Notes: generated from the sequence alone by a model not told the origin. 64,000 bases of DNA from Candidatus Dormiibacterota bacterium (GCA_963777445.1 CAVZQR010000004.1:186263-250262), one strand, 5' to 3'; counted from the first letter of the stretch, positions 18,584-26,663 are shown. Translations and numbers: made by a program.

Positions 18584-18960
18584 GATTTCCAACGCGCAAC
18601 GTGAACGCGGACCTTCACGAAATGGCCTCGCGCAATGCGCTGCCATTGCCTGTCGCGCCTGTTCAGCCGAACCGGGGCAACACCATGTCGATGGAGCAAC
18701 TCGCGGCTCAGTTCGAGGCTCAGCGCCAGGCCGAGAAGGTGGCGCAGCGGGCGATCCACGGAGCCCGACGATTGGGGCTGGCGTGTCAACTGCTGGATAT
18801 CCTGATGGGGGCCGTGGAGGATCAGCGGCAGGGCCGCGAGCTGGATCTCCCACGATTCACGCGGCCGTCGCGCAACTCGGCGGACCCTCGCGGCGGCACA
18901 TCAGCGCGGTTTGGGCCGGCCTGTCGGCGTCACATTGAGAACCGGGAAGCATACACATGA
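18580..18960 (+). CDS. hypothetical protein (paralog of the previous ORF)
   Basis: 126 aa, ATGA-coupled. Its segment LLDILMGAVEDQRQGREL resembles the preceding ORF. Confidence 0.45.
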   Translation: MRFPTRNVNADLHEMASRNALPLPVAPVQPNRGNTMSMEQLAAQFEAQRQAEKVAQRAIHGARRLGLACQLLDILMGAVEDQRQGRELDLPRFTRPSRNSADPRGGTSARFGPACRRHIENREAYT

Positions 18961-19325
18961 GCTGGCACGGCGGTGAAGACGTCTGGGCCAGTGTCGAAGC
19001 AGCGCGCACCGCAATCCTGGAGCGACAGCAATGGCGATGCGCGCAATGCGCGGACACGCTCGCGGAGCGCTCAATGTGCGCGGTCGAAATCTATGCCGAG
19101 CAACGCTGGGCGATCGTGTGCAACGCGTGCGCCAGCCAGCTGAACCGGTTGCGCGCTTGTCGGAGCGGTGGTGCTGATGGAGGTGGGCGCTGTGGGCGTC
19201 TTGTCAGGCCGTCCCAGCGTCCTTTTCCGCCGGCCCTTCCTCTGGCGGGTTCGTGGGCGGCGTGCGGGGTTGATGGACCCCGCCGCCGCCTTTCCCTGCC
19301 GGGGATGCAGGCATGCGATGAGTGA
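18957..19325 (+). CDS. hypothetical Cys-rich protein (HNH-like spacing, without the His residues)
   Basis: 122 aa, ATGA-coupled. It has WRCAQCADTL...IVCNACASQL (two CxxC pairs). It sits where cos-phages carry an HNH endonuclease, but the catalytic His residues are not evident. Confidence 0.35.
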   Translation: MSWHGGEDVWASVEAARTAILERQQWRCAQCADTLAERSMCAVEIYAEQRWAIVCNACASQLNRLRACRSGGADGGGRCGRLVRPSQRPFPPALPLAGSWAACGVDGPRRRLSLPGMQACDE

Positions 19326-19915
19326 AGGCCGCCCCATCTGCGGAGCCAAGACCGAGCCGGTGGCCGATGTGGACGCCAGCCCATGTCGGGATACCACCGC
19401 TGCGACATGCACGGAGGCAAGCTCCCGCAGGTGCGGCGGATGCTGGCGCGGAAGGACGTCGAGGCACAAGCGCTGCGCGCAATCGAGCGCGAGGGCATCG
19501 CGCCGGTCGGTGATCCGGTAGAGCTGCTCCGCACCTGGCCGCTGAGGCGGTGGCGCTAAAGGACTTCTTTGCCGCCCGCATGGCGGCGCTCGAGGAGATC
19601 CGCTACGCGACACCGGGTGCCGGCGAACAGCTCCGAGCGGAGGTCTCGGCATATGAGCGGGGTCTCGATCGGGCGGAACGCTTCCTCGCTGATCTCGCTC
19701 GGCTCGGTCTTGACGAGCGCCGCGTGCGCGTGACCGAGGCGCAGGCGACGATGCTGCTCGGGGTAATCGTCCGGGGCCTGGCGGCGGCGGAACTCGCTGA
19801 GGAGCAACAGCTGCAGGCGCGCAACGCCATCGGCGCCGAGCTCGGCTCATCGAGGCGGCATGACGTAGATTTGGGGGCGCCTCGCCGACCGTCTCCAGCC
19901 GCCCCCAGCGGGTGA
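19318..19915 (+). pseudogene. terminase small-subunit-like gene, broken by at least two frameshifts
   Basis: Three frame segments read as one protein. Frame 1: MSEGRPICGAKT... A second frame from ATG 19382: ..GYHRCDMHGGKLPQVRRMLARKDVEAQALRAIEREGIAPVGDPVELL. Frame 2 (track ORF 19550..19915): LAAEAVALKDFFAARMAALEE... The CGAKT...C.MHGG motif is typical of actinophage packaging proteins as I recall. Confidence 0.5.
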
Positions 19916-21298
19916 GGATCCGAATGGAGAGCGGCGCGGGATCGCTGGGTTCGCGAGGCTCGATCGACGCAGATCCCGCCCCCCGAGGCGCCCATCTGGG
20001 TCTATCAGGCGGGTCGCGGCACGGGCAAGACCAGAGCCGCCACCGAGGCCGTGAGCGAGCACTGCCGCATCACCCCGAACGCCCGCGTGGCGCTGGTAGG
20101 ACGCTCATTCAGCGACGGTCGCGACGTGCTCGTGGAGGGCGCCGGTTCGGGGCTGCTGGCGGTGCTGCCGCCCTCGACGGTGCTCTCGTGGAATCGCTCA
20201 CTCGGCGAGCTGCGGTTGCGCAACGGTTCGCTGATGGTCGTGTTCGCGGACACGGAGCCGGAGCGACTTCGAGGTCCGCAGTTCAGCTATGCAGTGTGCG
20301 ATGAGCTGGCAGCCTGGACCGGCCGCGAGGCATGGGACATCCTGCTGATGGCCTGTCACTCGGACAGTTCCCGCAGATACTCGTCACCACGACACCGCGG
20401 CCCACCGCGTTATTCCGCGAGCTGGTGTCAGACCCGCGCGTGGTGGTGGTGCGCGAATCGACATACGCGAACCTCGACAACCTGGCGCCGCCGTTCCGGG
20501 ACACGATCCTGTCCCGCTACGCCGGCACAACGTTGGGTCGCCAGGAGATCGAGGCGGAGCTGCTCCTCGACGTCGAGGGTGCGCTCTGGACGATCGCCAA
20601 CCTGGACGAGCACCGCGTCGAGGCGGCGCCGAAAGACCTGCTCCGCTGTGTCGTGGGCGTCGATCCGGCGGGCGGCGGCGCTGACGAAACAGGCATCGTC
20701 GTGGTGGCCCGCGGCAAGGACGGGCAGGGCTACGTTCTCGCTGATCGCTCCGGGCGTTTCCACCCAGAGGAGTGGGCTCGCCGGGCGGTCCGTGCTTACC
20801 ACGAGTTCAACGCCGACCGTATCGTCGCCGAGAAGAACTTCGGGGGCGACATGGTGGCGCACACCATCGCCACGGTCGAACTCGTCAGCGAACGTCCGCA
20901 TGGTGACCTCCAGCCGCGGCAAGGCTTTGCGAGCACAACCGATCGCCTCGCTGTATGAGCAGGGTCGGGTTCACCACGTTGGACGGCTGCCGGCGCTCGA
21001 GGAGCAATTGACGACGTGGACCGAGGACAGCAGCGACAGCCCCGATCGTGTCGACGCGCTGGTCTTCGAACTCACCGACGTCATCGAGACGTCTGCGGCG
21101 GGGGCGTTCCTCGAATCGCTGAAGGAAGCACGCGAGCATCCCGTCGCCGCAGCTCCGATCCCCGCTGATGGAAGGCGGTTTCCCGGCTTCGAGCTGGGGC
21201 TTCCTAGGGCTGACAAAGAGCGCATCAGCGAGGAGAATGGCGGCGGTGTTCGATCACAGCGTCAGCTACATCGCGGCGTATACCAACCAGGAACCTAG
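19916..21298 (+). pseudogene. terminase large subunit, frameshifted (about 20350 and about 20890) and lacking an in-frame start
   Basis: Walker A (WVYQAGRGTGKTRA, 19997-20035) lies upstream of the first possible start (GTG 20051) and directly follows an in-frame TGA at 19913. The middle part is in track ORF 20332..20958 (QILVTTTPRP...VVGVDPAGGGADETGIVV). The C-terminal nuclease part returns to the first frame (ASLYEQGRVHHVG...DRVDALV). Confidence 0.8.
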
Positions 21299-21658
21299 TC
21301 ATGACCCGGAGATCGCCGTCGCGCTCGCGTGGCTCGAGAAGTATCGACGCGTCCTGGACGAGCGGATCCTCGTCTGTCTCCGCTACTCGAAAACCCACGC
21401 AATTCGACCGTAATCTCCGAAAGGCCAGCGGGCCTCCAAGTGGTCTCGTCCGAGGTGTTCGAGCGCGGTTATCCCTGGAGTGGGGGCCCGGCGCTGGCTC
21501 TGTGGTCCAACGAGACCGTGATCGCGCAGCTCGACGGCGACGAGCGCGTCACTGCCCTGGCCGCCGTGCCCTGGGACTTCAAGTCAATCGACGCGTGGGT
21601 CCGAGCGCGTCAGCCGGTCGACTTGCTCGCGTGGCCGGCTGACGTCACCGCTGACTGA
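21237..21658 (+). CDS. one or two hypothetical small proteins at the island right end
   Basis: ATG 21237 with a GAGGAG RBS gives MAAVFDHSVSYIAAYTNQEPSHDPEIAVALAWLEKYRRVL.. (to 21413). The overlapping ORF 21329..21658 continues in another frame. The function, and whether they form one frameshifted gene, are unresolved. Confidence 0.3.
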
Positions 21659-21864
21659 AGTCGTCGAGCACCTAGTGAGCGATGATCTGGCGCCACCCAT
21701 AGCGGGTCAGCACGGGATACGCCTGGCACACGCGCTTGAACCGCTCAGGGTTGCGGCGCTTGGCGCTCGCCATGAACCTGGCGACGGCAGCCTCGCCCGC
21801 ACTGTGGGCAGCCTGGGCGGCGGTGACCTCTTTGACACCGGGCACGTCACGGCATCTTAAGCCC

Positions 21865-21897
21865 TTGGCTACATTCTCGGCTACACGACCCCCGAAG
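21865..21897 (+). repeat. TTGGCTACA-N5-CGGCTACA dyad followed by a CCCCCGAAG box
   Basis: TTGGCTACA at 21865-21873, GGCTACA at 21879-21885, CCCCCGAAG at 21889-21897. The box order is the mirror of the left end (11643-11682), on the same strand. Confidence 0.5.
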
Positions 21898-21938
21898 CGC
21901 CTCCGGGCGCCGAGTCGGAAATCCCTTACGTAGCAACG

Positions 21939-21999
21939 TACCGGGCTCGGGAATTGAACCCGGACGTGGGTTTCCCCCCAGCGGTTTTTAAGACCGCCG
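21939..21999 (-). repeat. attR: island-proximal copy of the att repeat, forming the 3' part of the intact tRNA-Leu
   Basis: Direct repeat of 11512..11571. Confidence 0.85.
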
Positions 22000-22023
22000 C
22001 GTCTGCCATTTCGCCAGCCCGGC
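21939..22023 (-). tRNA. tRNA-Leu (anticodon UAA), class II with a long variable arm
   Basis: The reverse complement folds as acceptor GCCGGGC/GCCCGGT and anticodon stem GCGGT/ACCGC with loop CTTAAAA. The variable arm is 17 nt and the T-loop is TTCAATT. Total 85 nt, with no encoded CCA. The 49:65 pair is a C-A mismatch. Confidence 0.85.
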
Positions 22024-22086
22024 ATCGGGGATTCTATGGGTCGGCGACCCCTCCGGCCGGATCCGCACGCTCCGGGCTCGGGGCTC

Positions 22087-22662
22087 ATGGACGGCCGTAT
22101 ACTCCTGGAGCAGATGTTCGGTCGACGTCCCGACGCCACCTACCGGCGGAGCCAGAGCGCGACTGGGCTCCCCGTCCAACCAAGCGCCGTGGCACGCGGC
22201 CTCGCGCTGCGCATCATCGACTCGACGGAAGACCCACTCGAGCGCAAACGTCTCGGGCAGATGCTCATAGACGAACTCGATGCGATCGCCGGCCTCCCCC
22301 ATTGCGAACTGGTCGTCGCCGATCGTGCCCAGGTGCATTCCCACAACGGCCAGCGGCTGCAGAGCAAGACGTACGGCTATTACCGCTGCACCTTCGCCGA
22401 CGGCGCGGTGAAGACCGCCCGCATCCGTATCTACCACCGGACCGCGGTGCGGCAGCAGGTGATCACCACCAAGGTTTTCCTGAACACACTGCTCCATGAA
22501 TGGGAGCACCACCACGACTTCGGCGGGCTCCGTCTCCCCCGCTCCCCGCACACGGCGGGGTTCTATGCGCGCTTGCGAGCGCTCGCCGGCGCGCTCGAGG
22601 TCGCCTTTGTCATGCCACCCGAACCGGGAGCCGACAGCACGGCGCAGACCTCCGCCGCCTGA
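22087..22662 (+). CDS. SprT-like / HExxH putative zinc metalloprotease-fold protein
   Basis: ATG 22087 (MDGRILLEQ). The motif is TLLHEWEHHHDF, followed by HTAGFYARL. Track ORF 22036..22662. Confidence 0.55.
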   Translation: MDGRILLEQMFGRRPDATYRRSQSATGLPVQPSAVARGLALRIIDSTEDPLERKRLGQMLIDELDAIAGLPHCELVVADRAQVHSHNGQRLQSKTYGYYRCTFADGAVKTARIRIYHRTAVRQQVITTKVFLNTLLHEWEHHHDFGGLRLPRSPHTAGFYARLRALAGALEVAFVMPPEPGADSTAQTSAA

Positions 22663-22663
22663 C

Positions 22664-22903
22664 TCAGCGTCGCGCGGCTTCCGTCCCCGTGATCTCGACG
22701 AACGCTGCCGCGGAGGAGCCACCGGCCTCATCCACGGGCGCAGCGCTGTCGGTCGCGCCTTGCAGTTGCGTCACGGCTCCTCGGGTCAGACGCACGATCT
22801 CGCCGTCCCGAAAGCAGTGACATTCACCCAGGCAGCCAAGGTCATGCCCCGAGCCGACGTTGGGGCGATTCGTGCCCTCCGTCTTCGGGCGCAGCCTGGT
22901 CAC
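22664..22903 (-). CDS. hypothetical protein
   Basis: 79-aa ORF whose GTG start overlaps the stop of the upstream membrane ORF (GTGA). No family recognised. Confidence 0.35.
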   Translation of the reverse strand: MTRLRPKTEGTNRPNVGSGHDLGCLGECHCFRDGEIVRLTRGAVTQLQGATDSAAPVDEAGGSSAAAFVEITGTEAARR

Positions 22904-23064
22904 GACGCCAAACCGCCACTCACCTTCGAGAAGAGATGGCCGGCTTCATGGCCGACGACCTGCACCGTCAGCAGAACCAGCGCAATCGTGACCAGAGTGA
23001 CGCCATAGGTCGCAAGCGCGCGTTTGCGCCGATGACGGCGCGTATCCGTCGACAACGTCGACAT
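22900..23064 (-). CDS. small single-TM membrane protein
   Basis: MSTLSTDTRRHRRKRALATYGVTLVTIALVLLTVQVV..: a basic N-terminus followed by one TM segment. The longer track ORF extends to 23112. Confidence 0.4.
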   Translation of the reverse strand: MSTLSTDTRRHRRKRALATYGVTLVTIALVLLTVQVVGHEAGHLFSKVSGGLAS

Positions 23065-23309
23065 TTCCACATCCCCCGCTCGAATAAATCCCTTCCGGCG
23101 CCCCCGCGCCACCTCTTCACAGTATTGTCGATCGCATCGAAAGGTGCAAGCGGCAGGATCCCGCCAATCGCGAGCGGGCGAATCGGGCGGCTGCAGTCTG
23201 CTGCCGGCACGGCCGTGGCGTTCGGACGGGTGGCCTCGATGCCGCTCCGGTATTCTTCAACCGTCGGTGTGCCCGGTATCGACGCCACGATGCGGTTCGT
23301 GAATTCATC

Positions 23310-23380
<71 letters not shown>

Positions 23381-23402
23381 CACCCCGCGTATCCTCGTCC
23401 GC

Positions 23403-24636
23403 GTGTCTGTAACCGAGGCGGTGCACACGCGAGCGCACGTCGATCTGGCCGAGCGCGCGCGACGCGTCCTTCCCGGCGGCGCGACCCACGCAGCGCGCAC
23501 CTACGATCCACGCATCTACGTGGCTCGATCGAGCGGCTCAAGAAAGTGGCTGATCGACGGCACCGAGCTGATCGACTACACGATGGGCCACGGGGCGCTG
23601 CTCCTGGGCCACGCTCACCCCGCAATCGTCGCTGCGGTGCAGGAACAGGTCGCGCGTGGGACCCACTACGGCGCGGCGCATCCGCTCGAGGTCGAGTGGG
23701 CCGAGCGGATCGCGGCGCTCGTGCCCTCCGCCGAGAAGGTCCGGTTTACTGCGTCGGGCACTGAGGCCGTGATGCTCGGCCTGCGTGTGGCCCGAGCGGC
23801 GACGGGTCGCGACCGCATCGTCACGCTCCAGGAGCACTTTCACGGATGGTCGGATGCCGTGAGCCCCTATCTCGACGCAGACGGCCGCACCCGCACACCT
23901 GTCGGCGTGCCCGCCGCGGTCGGCGCGTCTCACCACCGTGGTCCGGACCGATGACCCTGCGGATCTCGAGGCGGCGCTCGCCGGCGGTGATGTCGCCGCC
24001 GTGATCATGGAAGCCTCCGGCGCGCACTACGGCCAGCTCCCGCTTGCCGCGTCATTCATCAGCGCCGCTCGAGCCGCCTGCACCGCCGCCGGCACCCTGC
24101 TGGTCTTCGACGAGGTGGTCACCGGGTTTCGCGTCGCCCCCGGCGGTATGCAATCGCTGCTCGGCATCACCCCGGATATCAGCGCCCTCGGGAAGGTGAT
24201 GGCGGGTGGACTGCCGTCCGGTGCCGTGGCCGGGCGGGCGGACCTTCTCGAGCTCCTGGCGACCACGATCGCGCACCCGGGCACATTCAACGCCAACCCG
24301 CTCAGCGCCGTCGCCGGCATCGCGACACTGCGTCTGGTCGCCGATGGCGGCCCGCAGCGCACCGCCGAGGCGTACGCCGTCAGCCTTGCGGGCGAGTGGA
24401 CCGCGGCACTGGCATCGGCCGGCATCCCCGGGACCATCCGCCGGCTCTCGAGCATCCTGCACATCTTCCTCGGCGACCCGTCGGCTCAGGCGCGGATCGC
24501 CAACGCGATGCGTGCCGAAGGCGTCGACATCCTGAACACCAGCGCGTTCTGCTCCTCGGTGCACACGATCGCCGATCTGGAGCTATCGGTCGAGGCCTTC
24601 GCCCGAGCGATCGTCGCCGCGTCAACCGCTGACTGA
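23403..24636 (+). pseudogene. class-III (GSA-aminomutase-like) aminotransferase, frameshifted near 23925-23935
   Basis: Track ORFs 23403..23954 (..GHGALLLGHAHPAIV..FTASGTEAVMLGLRVAR..) and 23938..24636 (..LVFDEVVTGFRV..ALGKVMAGGLP..) are consecutive parts of one enzyme. The junction reads GVPAAVGAS / TTVVRTDDPADLE. Confidence 0.8.
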
Positions 24637-24733
24637 ACCTGCCGGCTGGCGAGGACTTCTCTCTCCTCGGCGGGTTCAGCGACGGGCGCCGGCCGTGGTG
24701 CCCGACGTTCCCCTGTGCCTGGGCGCTCCGAGG

Positions 24734-24760
24734 TGTCACAGGCGGGGCCGCCGTCCTGTC
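24734..24760 (+). promoter_or_regulatory. ECF41-type promoter candidate TGTCACA-N16-TGTC
   Basis: TGTCACA at 24734-24740 and TGTC at 24757-24760 (also CGTC at 24752-24755), 36 nt upstream of the epimerase start. The group ECF41 consensus, as I recall it, is TGTCACA-N16-CGTC. Confidence 0.5.
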
Positions 24761-24795
24761 TTGTCCTATGTGGGCAGGACGCGAAGAAGGAGTTG

Positions 24796-25731
24796 ATGAT
24801 GAGGGTGTTTGTGGCAGGAGCGACGGGAGCGATTGGAAAGCAGTTGGTGCCGCGTCTGGTTGGCGCGGGTCATGCGGTATACGGGATGACGCGCAGCGGC
24901 TCGAAGCAGGCGATGCTTCGCGAGCTGGGCGCTGAGCCCGTGGTCGCGGACGCGCTCGACCCCGACCAGGTCGCGGAAGCGGTGGGCCGCGCAAGGCCGG
25001 ACGTGATCATCCACCAGCTGACCTCGATTCCACCGCGGTTGGACCTGCGTCACTTCGATCGCGACTTCGCCCTCACCAGCCGCCTTCGGACCGAGGGGAC
25101 GGACTACCTGCTCTCCGCCGGGCAGGCAATCGGGGTGCAGCGGTTCGTGGCTCAGAGCTACTTTGGTGCCTATGCGCGCACTGGCGCAGCCGTCAAGACG
25201 GAGGAGGACCCACTCGATCCGGCGCCGGTGCGGGATATGCGCGGGGTTGCGGCTGCGATCCGCCACCTGGAGCAGGCGGTTCTCGGTGCGCGGTGGACGG
25301 AGGGGATCGTGCTTCGCTACGGCGCGTTCTACGGGCCGGGCACGTCGCTGGCGCCGGGCGCGGAGCAGGTCGAGATGATCCGCAAGCACAGGTTTCCGAT
25401 CGTGGGTGATGGTGGCGGCGTGTGGTCGTTCATGCACATCGCGGACGCGGCAGACGCGACGGTGGGGGCCGTCGAACACGGCCGTCGCGGTGTCTACAAC
25501 GTTGTCGACGACGACCCGGCTCCGGTGTCCGAGTGGCTGCCGGCGCTGGCTCAGCAGCTGGGCGCCAGGCGGCCCATGCGCGTGCCGCGGATCGTCGGTC
25601 GGCTCTTCGCCGGCGAGGCCGGCGTGGTGATGATGACCGAGCTGCGCGGCGCGTCCAATACCAAGGCAAAGCGCGAGCTGGCCTGGCGCCCCGCGCATCC
25701 GAGCTGGCGGGAGGGTTTCGCAGCGGCATGA
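24796..25731 (+). CDS. NAD(P)-dependent epimerase/dehydratase-family oxidoreductase
   Basis: Starts at MMRVFVAGATGAIGKQLV (Rossmann GxxGxxG) after a GAAGGAG RBS. The track ORF begins upstream at 24715. Its stop overlaps the sigma-factor start (ATGA). Confidence 0.85.
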   Translation: MMRVFVAGATGAIGKQLVPRLVGAGHAVYGMTRSGSKQAMLRELGAEPVVADALDPDQVAEAVGRARPDVIIHQLTSIPPRLDLRHFDRDFALTSRLRTEGTDYLLSAGQAIGVQRFVAQSYFGAYARTGAAVKTEEDPLDPAPVRDMRGVAAAIRHLEQAVLGARWTEGIVLRYGAFYGPGTSLAPGAEQVEMIRKHRFPIVGDGGGVWSFMHIADAADATVGAVEHGRRGVYNVVDDDPAPVSEWLPALAQQLGARRPMRVPRIVGRLFAGEAGVVMMTELRGASNTKAKRELAWRPAHPSWREGFAAA

Positions 25732-26645
25732 CCGAGCGCGAGCAACTGCTTGCCGAGCTGCGACCGGTCGCGTTCGCGATAGCCTACCGGATGCTCGGCA
25801 GCGTGTCCGAGGCCGAGGACGTGGTGCAGGAAGCGCTGCTGCGAGTGCATCAGGCACTCGATGCCGGCGACCACATCGTGTCGCCGCGGGCATTCGTCGC
25901 CACCATCACCACCCGGCTGACCATCAACGAGCTGCGCTCCGCGCGCGCCCGTCGCGAGCACTACGTCGGCGACTGGCTGCCGGAGCCGATCATCACCGAC
26001 AGCCGCGACGATCCGGCCTGGCAGGCTGAGCAGGCCGACTCGCTGTCGCTGGCGATGCTCGTGCTGCTGGAGACCCTCTCGCCGGAGCAGCGTGCCGCGC
26101 TGCTCCTGCACGACGTCTTCGACTACGGGTATGCGGAGATCGCTGCGATCGTCGGGAAGAGTGAGGACAACATGCGCCAGCTCGCCACCCGCGCGAGACG
26201 CCACGTCGAGCAACGCAGACCCCGCTACGCGACGACGCGCGAGCAGCGCGACGCGCTGGCACGACGGTTCTTCGCCGCCGCCGAGCAGGGTGATCTCGCG
26301 GGGCTCGAGGCGCTGCTCGCCCACGATGTGTCGCTGACCGGCGACGGTGGCGGCAAGGCTCCGGCCCTCGCGCGATCGCTGACCGGGCGCAATCGCGTCG
26401 CGCGCACGCTGATCAACTGGGTCCACGTGGCGGCCCGCCTGCCGGGCGTGGCCTTACGCGCCGCGGAGATCAACGGCGGCCCGGGAGCGCTGATTCTCGA
26501 CGGACAGCAGCGGCTGCTCGGCGTGCTGTCGATCGATATCGACGGCAGCGAGGTCACCGGCATCCGCTCGATCGTCAACCCCGACAAGCTGACGCACCTC
26601 GGGACGGTCGCCGACTTCACCTCACTCCTGAGATCGGCGAGATGA
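25728..26645 (+). CDS. ECF sigma factor, SigJ/ECF41-like with a C-terminal SnoaL-like extension
   Basis: Region 2 (AFAIAYRMLGSVSEAEDVVQEALLRV) and region 4 (LSPEQRAALLLHDVFDYGYAEIAAIVGKSEDNMRQLATRARRHV) are present, plus a ~100-aa C-terminal domain. No anti-sigma gene is adjacent. Confidence 0.85.
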   Translation: MTEREQLLAELRPVAFAIAYRMLGSVSEAEDVVQEALLRVHQALDAGDHIVSPRAFVATITTRLTINELRSARARREHYVGDWLPEPIITDSRDDPAWQAEQADSLSLAMLVLLETLSPEQRAALLLHDVFDYGYAEIAAIVGKSEDNMRQLATRARRHVEQRRPRYATTREQRDALARRFFAAAEQGDLAGLEALLAHDVSLTGDGGGKAPALARSLTGRNRVARTLINWVHVAARLPGVALRAAEINGGPGALILDGQQRLLGVLSIDIDGSEVTGIRSIVNPDKLTHLGTVADFTSLLRSAR

Positions 26646-26663
26646 CCGGTTCCGCGAACCCGC

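Larger units (their letters stand above)
11512..21999. mobile_element. tRNA-Leu-integrated phage-like island (satellite-like element or prophage remnant), ~10.5 kb
   Basis: Bounded by 60/61-bp direct repeats equal to the tRNA-Leu 3' portion. Contains integrase, XRE repressor, excisionase-type HTH, RepA-like ATPase, iterons, RusA, head-morphogenesis domain, HK97-type protease, terS-like and terL genes. Confidence 0.85.

Noticed and set aside
19913-19915. In-frame TGA between the terS-like and terL reading frames, considered as programmed readthrough or selenocysteine
   Set aside because: No SECIS-like hairpin is evident directly downstream. The surrounding genes carry several ordinary frameshifts. 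A nonsense or indel lesion is the simpler explanation.
21672-22139. 155-aa minus-strand ORF
   Set aside because: It reads straight through the tRNA-Leu gene and the att repeat. At most the last ~50 codons (21672-21830) could be a small island gene, which I could not support.
24766-25893. 375-aa minus-strand ORF; similar antisense ORFs at 38104..39336, 42160..43494, 1739..2746 and 30639..31736
   Set aside because: All lie opposite strongly supported genes and show the Arg/Pro/Gly-rich composition of out-of-frame high-GC translation.
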